Shown piece after piece: positions 41,618-51,228 of a stretch of 64,000 nt of DNA. The stretch comes from Eledone cirrhosa (Eukaryota), in contig OZ024740.1 of NCBI GenBank assembly GCA_964016885.1, positions 107,322,001 to 107,386,000 of the forward strand, in the 5' to 3' direction. Numbering within the stretch: the stretch's first letter is position 1; each line of letters begins with the position of its first letter. The notes under the pieces are model-generated. The model saw nothing but the letters and a program-made list of their open reading frames with translations, was not told the DNA's origin and made no database searches. The translations under genes and the position numbers were made by a program.

Positions 41618-44600
41618 TGGAGAGATATGGAGAAATGGGAGAGAGTGGTTTGAAGAATGCAGATAGCTTAATCAAAATTTTGTGGTAGTGGTTTTATTAT
41701 ACTGTTTACTCTCAAAGTGACAACCTTAGGTATTGTGTTGATATAGTCAAGTTTGGAATTATTTATTGCCACAGAGAGCAGGTTCATAGATGTGGAGAGG
41801 AAGGGAGGTAGAAAGAGAGAGAGAGAGAAAGAGGGAGAAGAGATGGGAGTTCATAGTGTTCATAGTTGTAGTCTACAAATCGCACTCAAGTATCCATTTA
41901 TAATGATAAGCAGGGTATTGTCTTGTAGTGTGGGGGTGGGGGATATAGTTAGGAAGTAGTTATTGAGAGAAATTAGTTAGCGAGAAAGCGATGTTGTAGT
42001 CTCGGGTTCGAATGTTAAGTTATTTTATAGTGGAGTATGATAGCTTAATAGTCTTAGAGTTAGAATCTTACTGTATTTATGGAAACTAGGGAAATGCTTG
42101 TTAATTAACTTAAAGAATGAAAGAGATAGTTTTGTACTAATCGAAGCAGTATTAAAAATGGGATTATACCAGATATACAATGTAATTTATTTGAGTTTGG
42201 TGGCATCCAACATCAGAGACTTGGGAGTAATTGTGGACAACAACATAAGCTGGGCCACTCATATAAACAGCAAAGTTGACATGGTTCGCAGAATGTGTTC
42301 CTGGATTCTCAGAACCTTCCAGTCGAGATATATCCACACTGTTATCCTTCTCTTCTCCACTTTGCCCAACCCCACCTTGAATACTGTTGTCCACTGTACT
42401 CTTCCCACACGAAACAAAGTATCAAGAAAGTTGAAGCACCTCAAAGGTCAATTACAAAAGATAGATGGCATGACAGGCATCGACTATTGGCGTCAATTAG
42501 AAAAGCTAAACCTTTATTCTCTCCAATGTCACCGTGAGCGCTACATTATCTGCACAATGTGGAAAATATTTGGTCACGCCTATTAAACCCACCGTGTCAG
42601 CATTGAGGAGCTTGTTATTCGGAGATGGTCTGTAACAACAATAACACCTACTTTCAATAAACCTATTTTCTCTGTGCTTGCCGTAATTCCTTTATTGATT
42701 AACTAATTAAGCAAAATGCACCGAATGATGTCACCAGGATCTTGTGTAACCACACCATTGAAATATACATAGTGTTTTTGCAACAATAAAACGTTAAGAG
42801 AACTTCACCAGTCCAGCCTCCTGCTATTTTAATCAACCCAATATTTAACTCGGTCCCGCACTACCCACAGGATTCAACATCAACGATGGATGAGTGGCTT
42901 AACGTTGAGTGATTTTCCTATTACATCATGGTTAACTATACTGAATGACCAGTTCTATCCAGTGGTAAAACACTAAACTGAAATGAATATATATACATAT
43001 ATATATAATAATAATATATGTAGTAATAAACACAGTAAATTGTGTGTTTAAAATTACGAGGGTTGAGATACCACGTTGGTTTGACAGATTTAACCTGAAG
43101 CAATCGGAAATTACAGGGTATTAATATGAGTTTTTAACTGTCTTTTATATCTCCTTATAATATATAACCAGTAATCTCTCTGTCTGTCTGTCCGACAGTG
43201 GAAACACGTGCGTGCATGCGAATGTTTTTTGCGCACGCGTAGAGAGAGAGTGAGAGTGAAAGAAAGAGACAGACTATGAGAGGGGGATAGCGGGAGAGGG
43301 AGAGAGAGAATGAATAGACGCTAAAGCGCGTGTGAATGTTTTTTGCGCACGCGTGGAGAGTGAGAGTGAAAGAAAGAGACAGACTACAAGAGGGGGATAG
43401 CGGGAGGGAGAGAGGGGGGGAATTGAGGAGTGCTACAGAAACATATATACATTTCTGTGTGTGTGTAATATATATATATATATATACACACACAGAAATA
43501 TATATATATACACACAGAAATATATATACATTTCTGTGTGTGTAATATATATATATATATACACACACAGAAATATATATACATTTCTGTGTGTGTAATA
43601 TATATATATACTAGCAGAAAACCGCCCACCAGGTGGTTTTCTGCTAGTCTATATATATATAAACTGAGGATGTCTGTCTATGTGTGTGTGTGAGTTCGAA
43701 TCCCTAAAACTCGAGAACCACCCAACCGACTGTTTTCAAACTTTACACATGTAATACTTATGTTTCAGGGAGTGTTCTGAGCAAAAGATTTTTCGAATTT
43801 TCAATGCCCTAGGGACCGCATTAGGCGATTTAGCGATCTCTCTCTATAATTCTTAGTCTTTCTCTTTTTAGATAGATACATACATATACTGCCTGTATGT
43901 CTGGCTGTCTGCATTACATCACTTCCTACAATTCGCTCTGCTTCCAGAACGCACCCTTATAATATGTCTGTATGTCTGGCTGTCTGCATTACGTCACTTC
44001 CCACAATTCCCTCTCCGTCCAGAACACGCCCTTATAATATCTGTCTATCTGCTGCCTCTGGTTATTCTGCCACCCTTGCTCAAGACAAATCTCACACTCA
44101 TTCCCCAAACAGTTGGTAAGTGGACACAACTTCTTCCTCACATCTTAAGCCACAGTGTTGCTTACTTACGTACCACCAGACCCTTACTTATTTGCCAGCC
44201 GTGGTTGTGGCAATACTGAGCTTAGATAAGGCGGTTATATATTTCACAATACCTTATCCCATGCAACGCCGGGTACCACTGCTACTATATATATATATAA
44301 TAAATGTAATCTGAGTTTTTCGAATATTAATAACAACATTCGATTCGTTTGCAATTATGCAAACAAGCCTCATTTTTTAATATGCAGATCTGACTGATCA
44401 GCCAGTCTGCTAATATGCAAATCAGGCCGATCAGTCACTATATTTTAGAAAATAGCATATATTTTCACAAGCTCTGACAGTTGGCAGGTGAACAGTGAGC
44501 TGTACTGATGAAGGGTGATACCCAGAAACATTAGTGTCTGCAGTTCTGTTTACATGCCAACACAAGAGCAAGAATGAAGGGTTCATTCTACTGACATGGC

Positions 44601-44824
44601 TTTCAAAAGGAGGCTTGTTTGCATAATTGCAAACAAATCGAATGTTTTTATTAATATTCGAAAAACTCAGATTACATTTATTGTATTTAGCCATTTAGAG
44701 CGAAAATTTTATATAAATATATATACAGTAAAAACTTGGTATACGATATCCAAGGGCTTAGAGCACTCAATCCGTAGGACGAGTTATGTATAATATACAT
44801 AGATAGATATTTACATACATAGAG

Positions 44825-44864
<40 letters not shown>

Positions 44865-46632
44865 TCTCTCTCTCTCAAAAAACGATAGCAACAACGAAAA
44901 CAATCATTTGTTTACTCCACATAGGTGTACTCATAAGTCATTTTTTTTTTTTGTTACTTATTACTAGTGACTTTTTTCCTCGGTTGTTTGATTTTTACAA
45001 ACAAATGCTTTTAGGTTTTATTACACTACACACACACGCTCTTTCGCCCTCATAAATACACACACACACGCACTCTTTCTCTCTCTCGTAAATACAAACA
45101 CACAAACACGGTAAAAATTATATCCAGGCTTGAGTATAATTTATATTAAATGACATTCGTTTGCGCCGATAATAATACATCTCACGGAATTGGAACAAAA
45201 AGAATCAATTGTGGGACCTTTCGCAATTAGAGATATCGGTAACTCAATGACATCTGATATATACATAACCTCGTATAAGCGCCTGAAGTCACTAATTTGA
45301 TCCTTCTTACATTCCGGAGATATGGTCAATACTGGGCCTTGAAACCTTAGGTAGCGCTTTTGTTAAATAAATTATATATATATATACAATAAAATAAAAC
45401 AAGGACGAGTGGTTACTCCTTCATTACGTTTATTGGTTGGTGACGCGCGTTTCGCCACCGATCAGCTCAAGGTTCGATCTGTATCGATCTAGCCCGATTC
45501 TGTAATCCGGGGCTCGTCAGACTCTTAAGTGGTAATGAAAAAAAGGGTCTGACAAGCCGCGGATTACACAGTCGGGCTAGATCGATACAGATCGAACCTT
45601 GAGCTGATCGGTGGCGAAACGCGCGTCACCAACCAATAAACGTAATGAAGGAGTAACCATTCGTCCTTGTTTTATTTTATTATACTACACTCTGTCTAGC
45701 TCTACATCTCGATACAGAAGTGAACCTAAACATCGAGTGCACACCCGAGTGAACCTACGGTTACTCCGCGTTACACTCACTGGATAGATATATATGCCTC
45801 ATTTCTCTCCATATATATATGGAGAAATGAGACAAGCATGCTCCGTTGGGTGTGCAGTGTAAATGTGTTGAGAGAGAAACTGTGTCTGAGAGGGATAGAA
45901 TGTAGTGTACGGGAGAGGAGACTGAAGTGGTATGGACATGTGATGCGCATGGAGGATGACCGATGGGTGAAGAAGTGCCAGGAAATGCCAGTTGAAGGAA
46001 GACGTGGTAGAGGTAGACCACGAAAAACATGGGCGGAGGTGGTGAGAACAGACCTCAGATCATTGAAGCTCACGGTGAAGATGACGAAGGACCGTGACGA
46101 GTGGAGAGATGCTGTGCTGAATAAGACCCGTCCCACCCTTGCAAGCAGGGAAAAGCGGACGTATGATGATGATGATATATCTGATATATGCATAGTTTTA
46201 TTGTTCTACAATATTACTCACCTCCTACATATATATATATACGTTTTTAAAAGGTACATAAGTGAAAACAAAACTGTAATCAAATTTTTGCGGGAAATAA
46301 TATGTATTTTTTTTTACTAATCATAGTGTATATACTATACTGTACATATTACTGGCAGTATACAGTAATACTAAATGTTAATACAGAATGTTATAATTGA
46401 ATTTTTAAATAATTGTGAAAAGTATACTATTATTTGGAGTAGAGTATGCAAGTGAACGTTCTAATTTTCTCCAATAAAAAGCATACACATCCAGAGACTT
46501 TCAATAATTATTTCTACTTTTGGCACAAGGCCAGCAAATTATCCAGTGTGTTACTGGTACTTTATTTTATCGACCCCATAAGGGTGAAAGGCAAAGTTAT
46601 TCAATAATGACCTTTGGTCTTTCACACTCACC

Positions 46633-46669
<37 letters not shown>

Positions 46670-47838
46670 GAGTGTGTGTATATGTACATATATGTATACA
46701 TACATGTTTTCAACTTGTATAAATATTATTTGGTGACTTATTCTCCCTAGGGACATTAGACTGAAGAACTGACCACTAATTGATTTTATATGTCTTTAAC
46801 CCATTGATATGAAAAATTATTTGGCCAGCAGCTACATGTGTGTGTGCGTATATATATATATGTGGGTATGTATGTATATATATATATATATAGGTATGTA
46901 TGTATGTATATATATATATGCGTGTGTGTGTGTGTCCATGTATGCATGCATGAATGAATACAGTAAGCCAGTGATTCTAACCGTTAGCACTATCATATAT
47001 TTTGGTTTCTATTAATTTCCTAGGGAACTGTTTGACCAAATGCTTTACTTATCGGTTTCTTTATTTTTTTCTCTAAGACATTTTTTTAAAAGATATTTTT
47101 CAAAGCAAACAATTGGCTCCTAAAATACTACAGTGGGCCCCTACAGTACTACTGTGGACCCACCACTTTCCTTTGGACAACCTGGCCAGTCCGCCACTGT
47201 ATATATATATACAAAAAGTTATGAAACGAAAGGAGCTGTAGGAAGATATATATATATATAAATTATCATTCACAATACAGCTCAAATGAAAACCAACATA
47301 CCTCGACTGATTCACTGGATTAATTTCTTATGCTCAGTATATATATATATATATATACAAACACACACACACACATATTAAAAACACGTGGGGTATATTT
47401 AGGAAACGGAACACTCGGAACAGACAAGCACATGGACAATTCCCGCTCATCAGCAGTTTTCTGGGAATCATTATAGTTCCGGAAGCTTTATATATATATG
47501 TGTGTGTGTATGCTCGCACCCGAAAGCTGACGAAAGAACCTTAATTGTAACCCTAACCGTAACGTGTATATACGCAATGAGTCCAGTGAACCGTACGAGA
47601 TGTTCTCATTTTTCTTCAATCGAGATCTATTATCAATGGTACCCGATCGTATAAACATGAGTAATACGTAAACATCCTTTTGAGATAGGAAACAATGCGA
47701 GCGATTTTAAGAAATAAGATTTGACAATTCATAAAATTGATATAAACTAACCTGTAAGGGTGGGAAAAATTCCCACAACTCTTTAAGTGGACGTGGTAGA
47801 GCAGCACCTAGTGGTTTCCCGTAAATTATTAATGGCAT
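4828..47838 (-). CDS. NTAN1: Protein N-terminal asparagine amidohydrolase, complete 10-exon CDS: join(47752-47838, 30394-30496, 29134-29199, 27827-27932, 21314-21387, 12775-12828, 7946-7999, 7045-7148, 6151-6270, 4828-5007); 948 nt, 315 aa
   Basis: All introns are GT-AG with compatible phases. Translation MPLIIYGK...GLLYVGQKE...[15 protein letters not shown]...[10 protein letters not shown]...LAGGFND...DIHL...FPVIFG...DRGPD...[13 protein letters not shown]...GVW matches recalled human NTAN1 motifs, including the catalytic Cys in TTCH. Confidence 0.95.
5176..5343. mobile_element. Tc1/pogo-type MITE (TACCGTAT...ATATGGTA)
   Basis: TA-flanked TIRs; relatives at 32862-33045 and 58757-58932. Confidence 0.7.
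5400..5545. repeat. 18-20-bp minisatellite (ACATGTGTGGCAA[CT]ATCT), about 8 copies
   Basis: Visible periodicity. Confidence 0.9.
6151..6270 (-). CDS. NTAN1: NTAN1 exon 9 ([40 protein letters not shown])
   Basis: TTTTCAG acceptor, GTAAGT donor, 120 nt. Confidence 0.92.
7045..7148 (-). CDS. NTAN1: NTAN1 exon 8 ([34 protein letters not shown])
   Basis: TTACAG acceptor, GTAAGT donor, 104 nt; DRGP motif. Confidence 0.94.
7946..7999 (-). CDS. NTAN1: NTAN1 exon 7 ([17 protein letters not shown])
   Basis: CCAG acceptor, GTAAGT donor, 54 nt; FPVI motif. Confidence 0.93.
8049..9039 (-). mobile_element. Non-autonomous Helitron-like element
   Basis: Minus strand starts TCTATATATATATC...CTGTCTGTTTGTTTG and ends CGCAGCAAGGCGCGGGTAATTCTGCTAG|T. 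Confidence 0.7.
8217..8711 (+). mobile_element. RTE 3' end with (GAT)n tail, nested in a Helitron-like element
   Basis: [15 protein letters not shown] coding remnant; near-identical 3'UTR at 62841-63172. Confidence 0.88.
9189..12507. repeat. 39-bp tandem array, about 85 copies, consensus GTCGTTATAGTAGCTATAGTAATTGG(TA/AG)GTGA(C/T)TCCTTA, in NTAN1 intron 6
   Basis: Directly visible periodicity, with degenerate units at both ends. Confidence 0.98.
12775..12828 (-). CDS. NTAN1: NTAN1 exon 6 ([17 protein letters not shown])
   Basis: TTTACAG acceptor, GTAACA donor, 54 nt; DIHL motif. Confidence 0.92.
13869..14073. mobile_element. Mariner-type MITE (TACGAGG...CCTCGTA termini)
   Basis: TA-flanked TIRs. 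An inverted relative at 33795-34233 is interrupted by another MITE (33931-34153, TIR GGCTATGTAGCCGGTAAA). Confidence 0.75.
15231..15681 (+). mobile_element. RTE family A 3' end
   Basis: Reverse complement of 16279-16720. Confidence 0.9.
16279..19769 (-). mobile_element. Near full-length RTE-clade LINE (family A): APE endonuclease + RT, about 370-nt 3'UTR; frameshifted, YADD mutated to DADD
   Basis: [24 protein letters not shown] and HRLII (APE motifs); [34 protein letters not shown] and RLRWYGHV (RTE RT motifs); several frame breaks. Confidence 0.95.
19806..20290 (+). mobile_element. RTE family A 3' end
   Basis: Reverse complement of 16279-16730; (GAT)n tail. Confidence 0.92.
20303..20700 (+). 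mobile_element. tRNA-headed SINE
   Basis: A box TGGCTTAGTGG, B box GTGAGTTCAATTC, CCTTGAGCAAGACACT core, (TTCA)n tail. Related heads at 1014-1312(+), 6530-6822(-) and 52620-52930(-). Confidence 0.85.
21314..21387 (-). CDS. NTAN1: NTAN1 exon 5 ([24 protein letters not shown])
   Basis: TTTTTCAG acceptor, GTAAGT donor, 74 nt; GGF motif. Confidence 0.93.
21754..21953. other. Assembly gap (200 N) in NTAN1 intron 4
   Basis: Run of N next to a (GAA/GGA)n tract; colinear NTAN1 exons on both sides support the join. Confidence 0.99.
26165..26578 (+). mobile_element. CR1/L2-group LINE 3' end
   Basis: TRGHAHKV...[17 protein letters not shown]; (ATT)n tail. Confidence 0.88.
26745..27353 (+). mobile_element. 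CR1/L2-group LINE 3' end, second copy
   Basis: [32 protein letters not shown]; (ATT)n tail. Confidence 0.9.
27827..27932 (-). CDS. NTAN1: NTAN1 exon 4 ([34 protein letters not shown])
   Basis: TAG acceptor, GTAAGT donor, 106 nt. Confidence 0.95.
28322..28940 (+). mobile_element. Head-to-tail array of three copies of a second SINE family (octopus OK-like), nested in a TTAA-flanked MITE (28211-29108)
   Basis: Recurrent GAGTTCAAAT...AACTTTGCCTTTCATC...AGTACCAG motif; many other copies (e.g. 7670-7855, 25850-26003, 59147-59278). Confidence 0.75.
29134..29199 (-). CDS. NTAN1: NTAN1 exon 3 ([21 protein letters not shown]), contains the catalytic Cys
   Basis: TTTACAG acceptor, GTATGT donor, 66 nt. 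Confidence 0.95.
29452..29697. repeat. (ACT/ACC)n degenerate trinucleotide tract
   Basis: Low-complexity triplets. Confidence 0.9.
30394..30496 (-). CDS. NTAN1: NTAN1 exon 2 ([34 protein letters not shown])
   Basis: TTTTCAG acceptor, GTAAGT donor, 103 nt; GLLYV motif. Confidence 0.95.
30618..32850 (-). mobile_element. RTE family B copy (short 3'UTR), 5'-truncated, frameshifted
   Basis: KAAGPSG, NYRGIKL, ELLYADD, WPCSIC; ends ...PTLASREKR followed by (ATG)n. Confidence 0.95.
34500..35265 (+). mobile_element. RTE family A 3' fragment with internally deleted 3'UTR
   Basis: [17 protein letters not shown]...QKTRLA*; (GAT)n tail. Confidence 0.93.
35462..35755 (+). mobile_element. RTE family A 3'UTR fragment
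   Basis: Matches the 3'UTR of other copies; (GAT)n tail. Confidence 0.9.
36600..39068 (-). mobile_element. 5'-truncated RTE family A copy
   Basis: ORFs 38091-39389, 37542-37904 and 37008-37481 are near-identical to the 16.3-19.8 kb copy; (ATG)n tail. Confidence 0.95.
40006..40043 (-). ncRNA. Minimal type-I hammerhead motif, inverted twin of 40684-40721
   Basis: Exact reverse complement of the plus-strand motif. Confidence 0.78.
40684..40721 (+). ncRNA. Minimal type-I hammerhead ribozyme motif (PLE type)
   Basis: gcc-CTGATGA-gtcct-taat-aggac-GAAAC-att-GTT-ggc, followed by AATAAA. Confidence 0.78.
40882..41148 (+). mobile_element. RTE family A 3'UTR fragment
   Basis: Same 3'UTR sequence, embedded in (TA)n. 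Confidence 0.9.
41337..42175 (-). mobile_element. Penelope-like element relic with hammerhead-bearing end
   Basis: Minus-strand IWYNPIF...[30 protein letters not shown] (about 42020-42174) resembles the PLE post-RT region; hammerhead motif at 41387-41499. Confidence 0.75.
41387..41499 (-). ncRNA. Type-I hammerhead motif with long loop II
   Basis: tgct-CTGAGGA-aacggt...actgtt-GAAAC-attt-GTA-agca; stems I and II pair. Confidence 0.68.
42200..42572 (+). mobile_element. CR1/L2-group LINE RT fragment
   Basis: [27 protein letters not shown]. Confidence 0.85.
43648..44286 (+). mobile_element. Non-autonomous Helitron-like element
   Basis: 5' TCTATATATA...GTCTGTCT; 3' GC-rich CCCATGCAACGCCGGG followed by CTGCTAC|T. 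Confidence 0.65.
44298..44682. mobile_element. MITE/foldback element with about 72-bp TIRs
   Basis: AATAAATGTAATCTGAG...AAGCCTC is the reverse complement of GAGGCTT...TTACATTTATT. Confidence 0.8.
45388..45681. repeat. About 135-bp-arm inverted repeat (PLE-like terminal repeat relic)
   Basis: Near-perfect reverse-complement arms around a roughly 20-nt spacer. Confidence 0.92.
45439..45523 (-). ncRNA. Type-I hammerhead motif with long loop II and palindromic stem III
   Basis: gt-CTGACGA-gcc...ggc-GAAAC-GCGC-GTC-ac, then AATAAA; the inverted twin at 45546-45630 has CTGACAA. Confidence 0.68.
45830..46176 (+). mobile_element. RTE family B 3' fragment
   Basis: RLKWYGHV...GRPRKTW...[13 protein letters not shown]; another piece at 24655-24768. 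Confidence 0.92.
47752..47838 (-). CDS. NTAN1: NTAN1 coding exon 1 ([29 protein letters not shown])
   Basis: ATG at 47838, donor CAG|GTTAGT, phase 0; resembles human MPLLVEG...HPPLE. Confidence 0.88.
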
Positions 47839-48350
47839 TCTTTAAAATTATTTCCTCTATATAATATTTTTAATAATAAAAGTAAAATACTGGATTCATA
47901 CAAAGAGATCGCACACCTTGCCTGACAATAAACGGTGACAAAGCAATCATGTTCCTCAAAAATAATTTGGCCTTATTTTTTTAAACCAATAACAAAGTCG
48001 ACGTAATGATGTGAATATCATGTTGAATAAAATTTCAATATTCCCATTTAAGTAAAGGCAAGAATAATATGTTATCCGTTTCTAGAAAAACTTCAACACA
48101 CCGAGAGAAGGCACCGATGTTCGAATACCCTTAACATGTTCTAATATATATTTTATGGTTGTTTCCTCTAAATTGGTGGCTTAGGCGTGTCTTAGAAAAT
48201 ATTTTTCTATAATTTACTTGTTTCAATCAAGAAAAATCCATAGCCTGGAGAGGTCATAGATATACAGCAAGAGAAACAGTCCCCTCGCCAGTATTCTCCC
48301 TTAACACTTCCAATACCAACATGCCGTAGCTGCCCATGATACTGTAATAT
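47839..48350 (-). promoter_or_regulatory. Probable NTAN1 5'UTR/promoter region
   Basis: Non-repetitive sequence directly upstream of the ATG that retains CpG dinucleotides; TSS not determinable. Confidence 0.35.
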
Positions 48351-48361
48351 AAAGAACTTTT

Positions 48362-48790
48362 GGCAAGTTCTATCGAAAAGGTATCCGTCCGTAGGCTGTG
48401 GAAAAATATTACATGTTTGGTGGAATTCAATTATTAATCCTCTTCGCAATAAGCCACTTTATACTCCCACATATTTAACACAGCGATCTTTCCACTGTTC
48501 AAAGTATGTCTGGAACGCTTTTTCTGGAATTGTTTTTAGCTCTACCGTAACAGTCTGCGTGACGTCCTCGTTGTTCTCAAAGCGGAAGCCTTTCAAAAGG
48601 AGTTATGTCTGGAGAGTAGGGAGCCAAGCAAATGAGTGAAACGCCTTTCATTGCTAGCTACCTTACTCTTCTGACAAGCTCACCAGAAAACGCATACACA
48701 TGAATGTATGCAGTTGCACACTTCCCTAACGTCATTGCTTCTCACGAAAATAAATAAATAAAATCGGATACTTTTTCAACTGACCATCTG
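48362..48790 (-). mobile_element. Internally deleted mariner relic
   Basis: LKGFRFENNEDV...ELKTIPEKAFQTYFEQWKDRCVK resembles a mariner transposase C-terminus; AAAAGTATCCG-type TIR remnants. Confidence 0.75.
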
Positions 48791-49499
48791 TAATTAAATT
48801 CAAACCTGATAGAGTTGTAGGGGCGCTGTCGAGACATTTGAGCATTTTAAACGAGTCCATCCCTCTCCTGGTCTGAACACACTCGATTTGTTCCAGGGAA
48901 AGAGATATAGAGGAAGAATCAACCCAGTACTAGACTGGTACTTTATTAATCTTAAACGGATGTAAGGCAAAGTTGACCTCAGTGAAATTTGTACTTAAAA
49001 TAAAGAGCCAGAACGAAAATGGCAAAACATTCTATCCAACGGTGTAATGACAATTTTTCACCTTGCCAAAGCCACTGTAGCTGCTGTAATCAGGCATTTT
49101 ACTCTTTCTTTGATTTCACATCTTCTGTTTATTGATCTGCTCAAATTTATATATTCTTTTATTATTTTACTGGTTTCAATCATTGGAATGCAGCCATGTT
49201 GGGCTACTAAACTATTTTACTAATTTCAATCTGCAGCCAGGCTAAATAATTAAACTCTTTTACTGGTTCCAGTCATTAGACTGCAGCCATGCTGGGCTAC
49301 CAAACTCTTTTACTGACTTGAATCATTAGACTGCAGCCATGCTACAGCACCCTTTTAAAGAGATTTAGTAAACCATATTAATCGTACTCTTTTATTCCAA
49401 GTCTGGTGCTTACTTTATTGATCTCTTTACATTGAACCACTTAGCTTGTATATATATATATATATATATAAAGATGGTTTTAATTTAGTACCATTTATC

Positions 49500-50048
49500 C
49501 GAACACAAATACTTGGGCATTCATATAGACATCAGGGCAACAAACTGACCATCGATCCCATACCCCTACAGAACCCTCCAGAGCAGGTTCCGTGGAATGC
49601 GGTCATATGCCTTTTCGAGGTCTACAAAGCAAGGATATACCTCCTGGCAGTACTCCCATGATTTCTCAGAGATGGTTGTAATGTGAATATTTGATCGGCT
49701 ATGCTGATTCCAGGGTGAAAACCACACTTCATCAACTAGCTTAGACTTAACAATCTCACTACATCCCTTTGCCAGACACTTAGAATAGACTTTACTGGGG
49801 AGGCTTAACAAGAAGATCCTTTTATAATTGAAGCAATCTTCCCCTTTTTGAAAATTAGGATTATCACTCCCTATTGCCATTGCTTAGGTGCCTTTCCAGA
49901 GATCCAGGTCACCCGGCACACATGAGTCAGACAGAGAATACATTCTCTATTTAAGGTTTTAACATTTCAGGCCGAATTTTCATCTTCCCCAGCAGCCTTA
50001 CTACATTTGAGCTCTTTAATTGATCTAGTGACCTCGGCCTCTGCGAGA
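49500..50048 (-). mobile_element. Degraded non-LTR RT fragment
   Basis: NYKRIFLLSLPSKVY and CFVDLEKAYDRIPR motifs. Confidence 0.85.
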
Positions 50049-50442
50049 TTAGTCATTGCTCCCAGATGCACCTTGTGGCAGTGAAAAAGTTAAAATTAAT
50101 TTTAAATCATAAGCAGTGTCTTTCATTAGAATTGCAGCAATGAAAAGGTTAAAATAACAGCTAAATGTATTCCAATGTTCATTCCTATAACTAGGAACAA
50201 TATATTTAGAAACAGTCCTATACGAGTGAGACATGGTCACCTGACCAAACTTGCCTCAAATGGGACAAACCTGTATAACCCATGATAGCATGGAAGATAG
50301 ATATTAAATGATGATATACCTGTTCACAACACAATATAGAGCTGCTGTACCTGTTCATATAATCAAAGATTTAGATACAGTTTAAAAATATATATACATA
50401 AATTTGTTTTACAAAAACATAAAATATTTTTTGATTAACTTC

Positions 50443-50448
50443 TTTATT
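50443..50448 (-). promoter_or_regulatory. Candidate WDR89 poly(A) signal AATAAA
   Basis: About 730 nt past the stop codon, followed by U/GU-rich sequence on the minus strand; another AATAAA lies at 50620-50625. Confidence 0.4.
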
Positions 50449-51177
50449 CTTTTTGCATTTCTTTAATAATTAATGACATGAGTTAGACATCTCTAATTAT
50501 GGACCCAGCAATCATAAATAGCTTCCACATTTAGAAAGTTCTGCAAATGAATTTTGGAAACTGGTAATGGAAGAAATTTCAACATAACCAATGTTTTTTT
50601 TAAGACTTCACAAATTGTTTTTATTCCAATCATCTTGAATCTATTATATTCCCTTCTTTGTTTGTTTATTGACATTCTTGTTAGGTTACTTGGTGCACCA
50701 GACCTGACTTGAAAGAATTCTCAAGCACTTTCATCAATCTTAAACAAGTGAGAAGGGACAACGATCCAAAGTTATTAAATAAAAAATCTACTTATGGTGC
50801 AAAGAGGATACTTATACCATAGAACAAGGAATTGCAGTTGTATTTGGTTTGTGAGGTAATTTTCACTTCTGGTCTTTGGAAATGTAGAGATTTTTGCCAT
50901 TTCAAAGTTCATATAGAGAAACTGTTTGTTCAGAACACCTAGAACGTTTTGGGGATCTAAAGATGATGAAAAGCAATTTCTTAAAATGATCATTTGCATA
51001 TGTTGTATGGAACTTAAAGTGTCATGGCACTATTTCATAAACTCAATACTCTCATTCCTTATTAAATAGTAGTTCCAATGAAGAACGTACAGCTAAATGT
51101 TGTAAAATCTTCAAATTATTTTCAAGGTCATGTTGTACAGTAGTGAGTGACAACAGCAGTACTTTCAGTGGTCATCT

Positions 51178-51228
51178 TTAATATGGGGCAAAGGTTTTAG
51201 GTTTGTGTGCCTTTATCTTGAGTTTGTT
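51178..51228 (-). CDS. WDR89: WDR89 probable terminal exon (NKLKIKAHKPKTFAPY*)
   Basis: Strong TTTTCTTTCCAG acceptor; basic tail ending in PY then TAA. Confidence 0.75.
   Translation of the reverse strand, partial: NKLKIKAHKPKTFAPY

Noticed and set aside
42583-42619. 37-nt AG...GT-bounded segment in NTAN1 intron 1
   Set aside because: It would shift the frame and has no homology support.
47440-47535. CTGATGA/CTGACGA motifs near NTAN1 exon 1
   Set aside because: No matching stem II plus GAAA/NUH found to complete a hammerhead.
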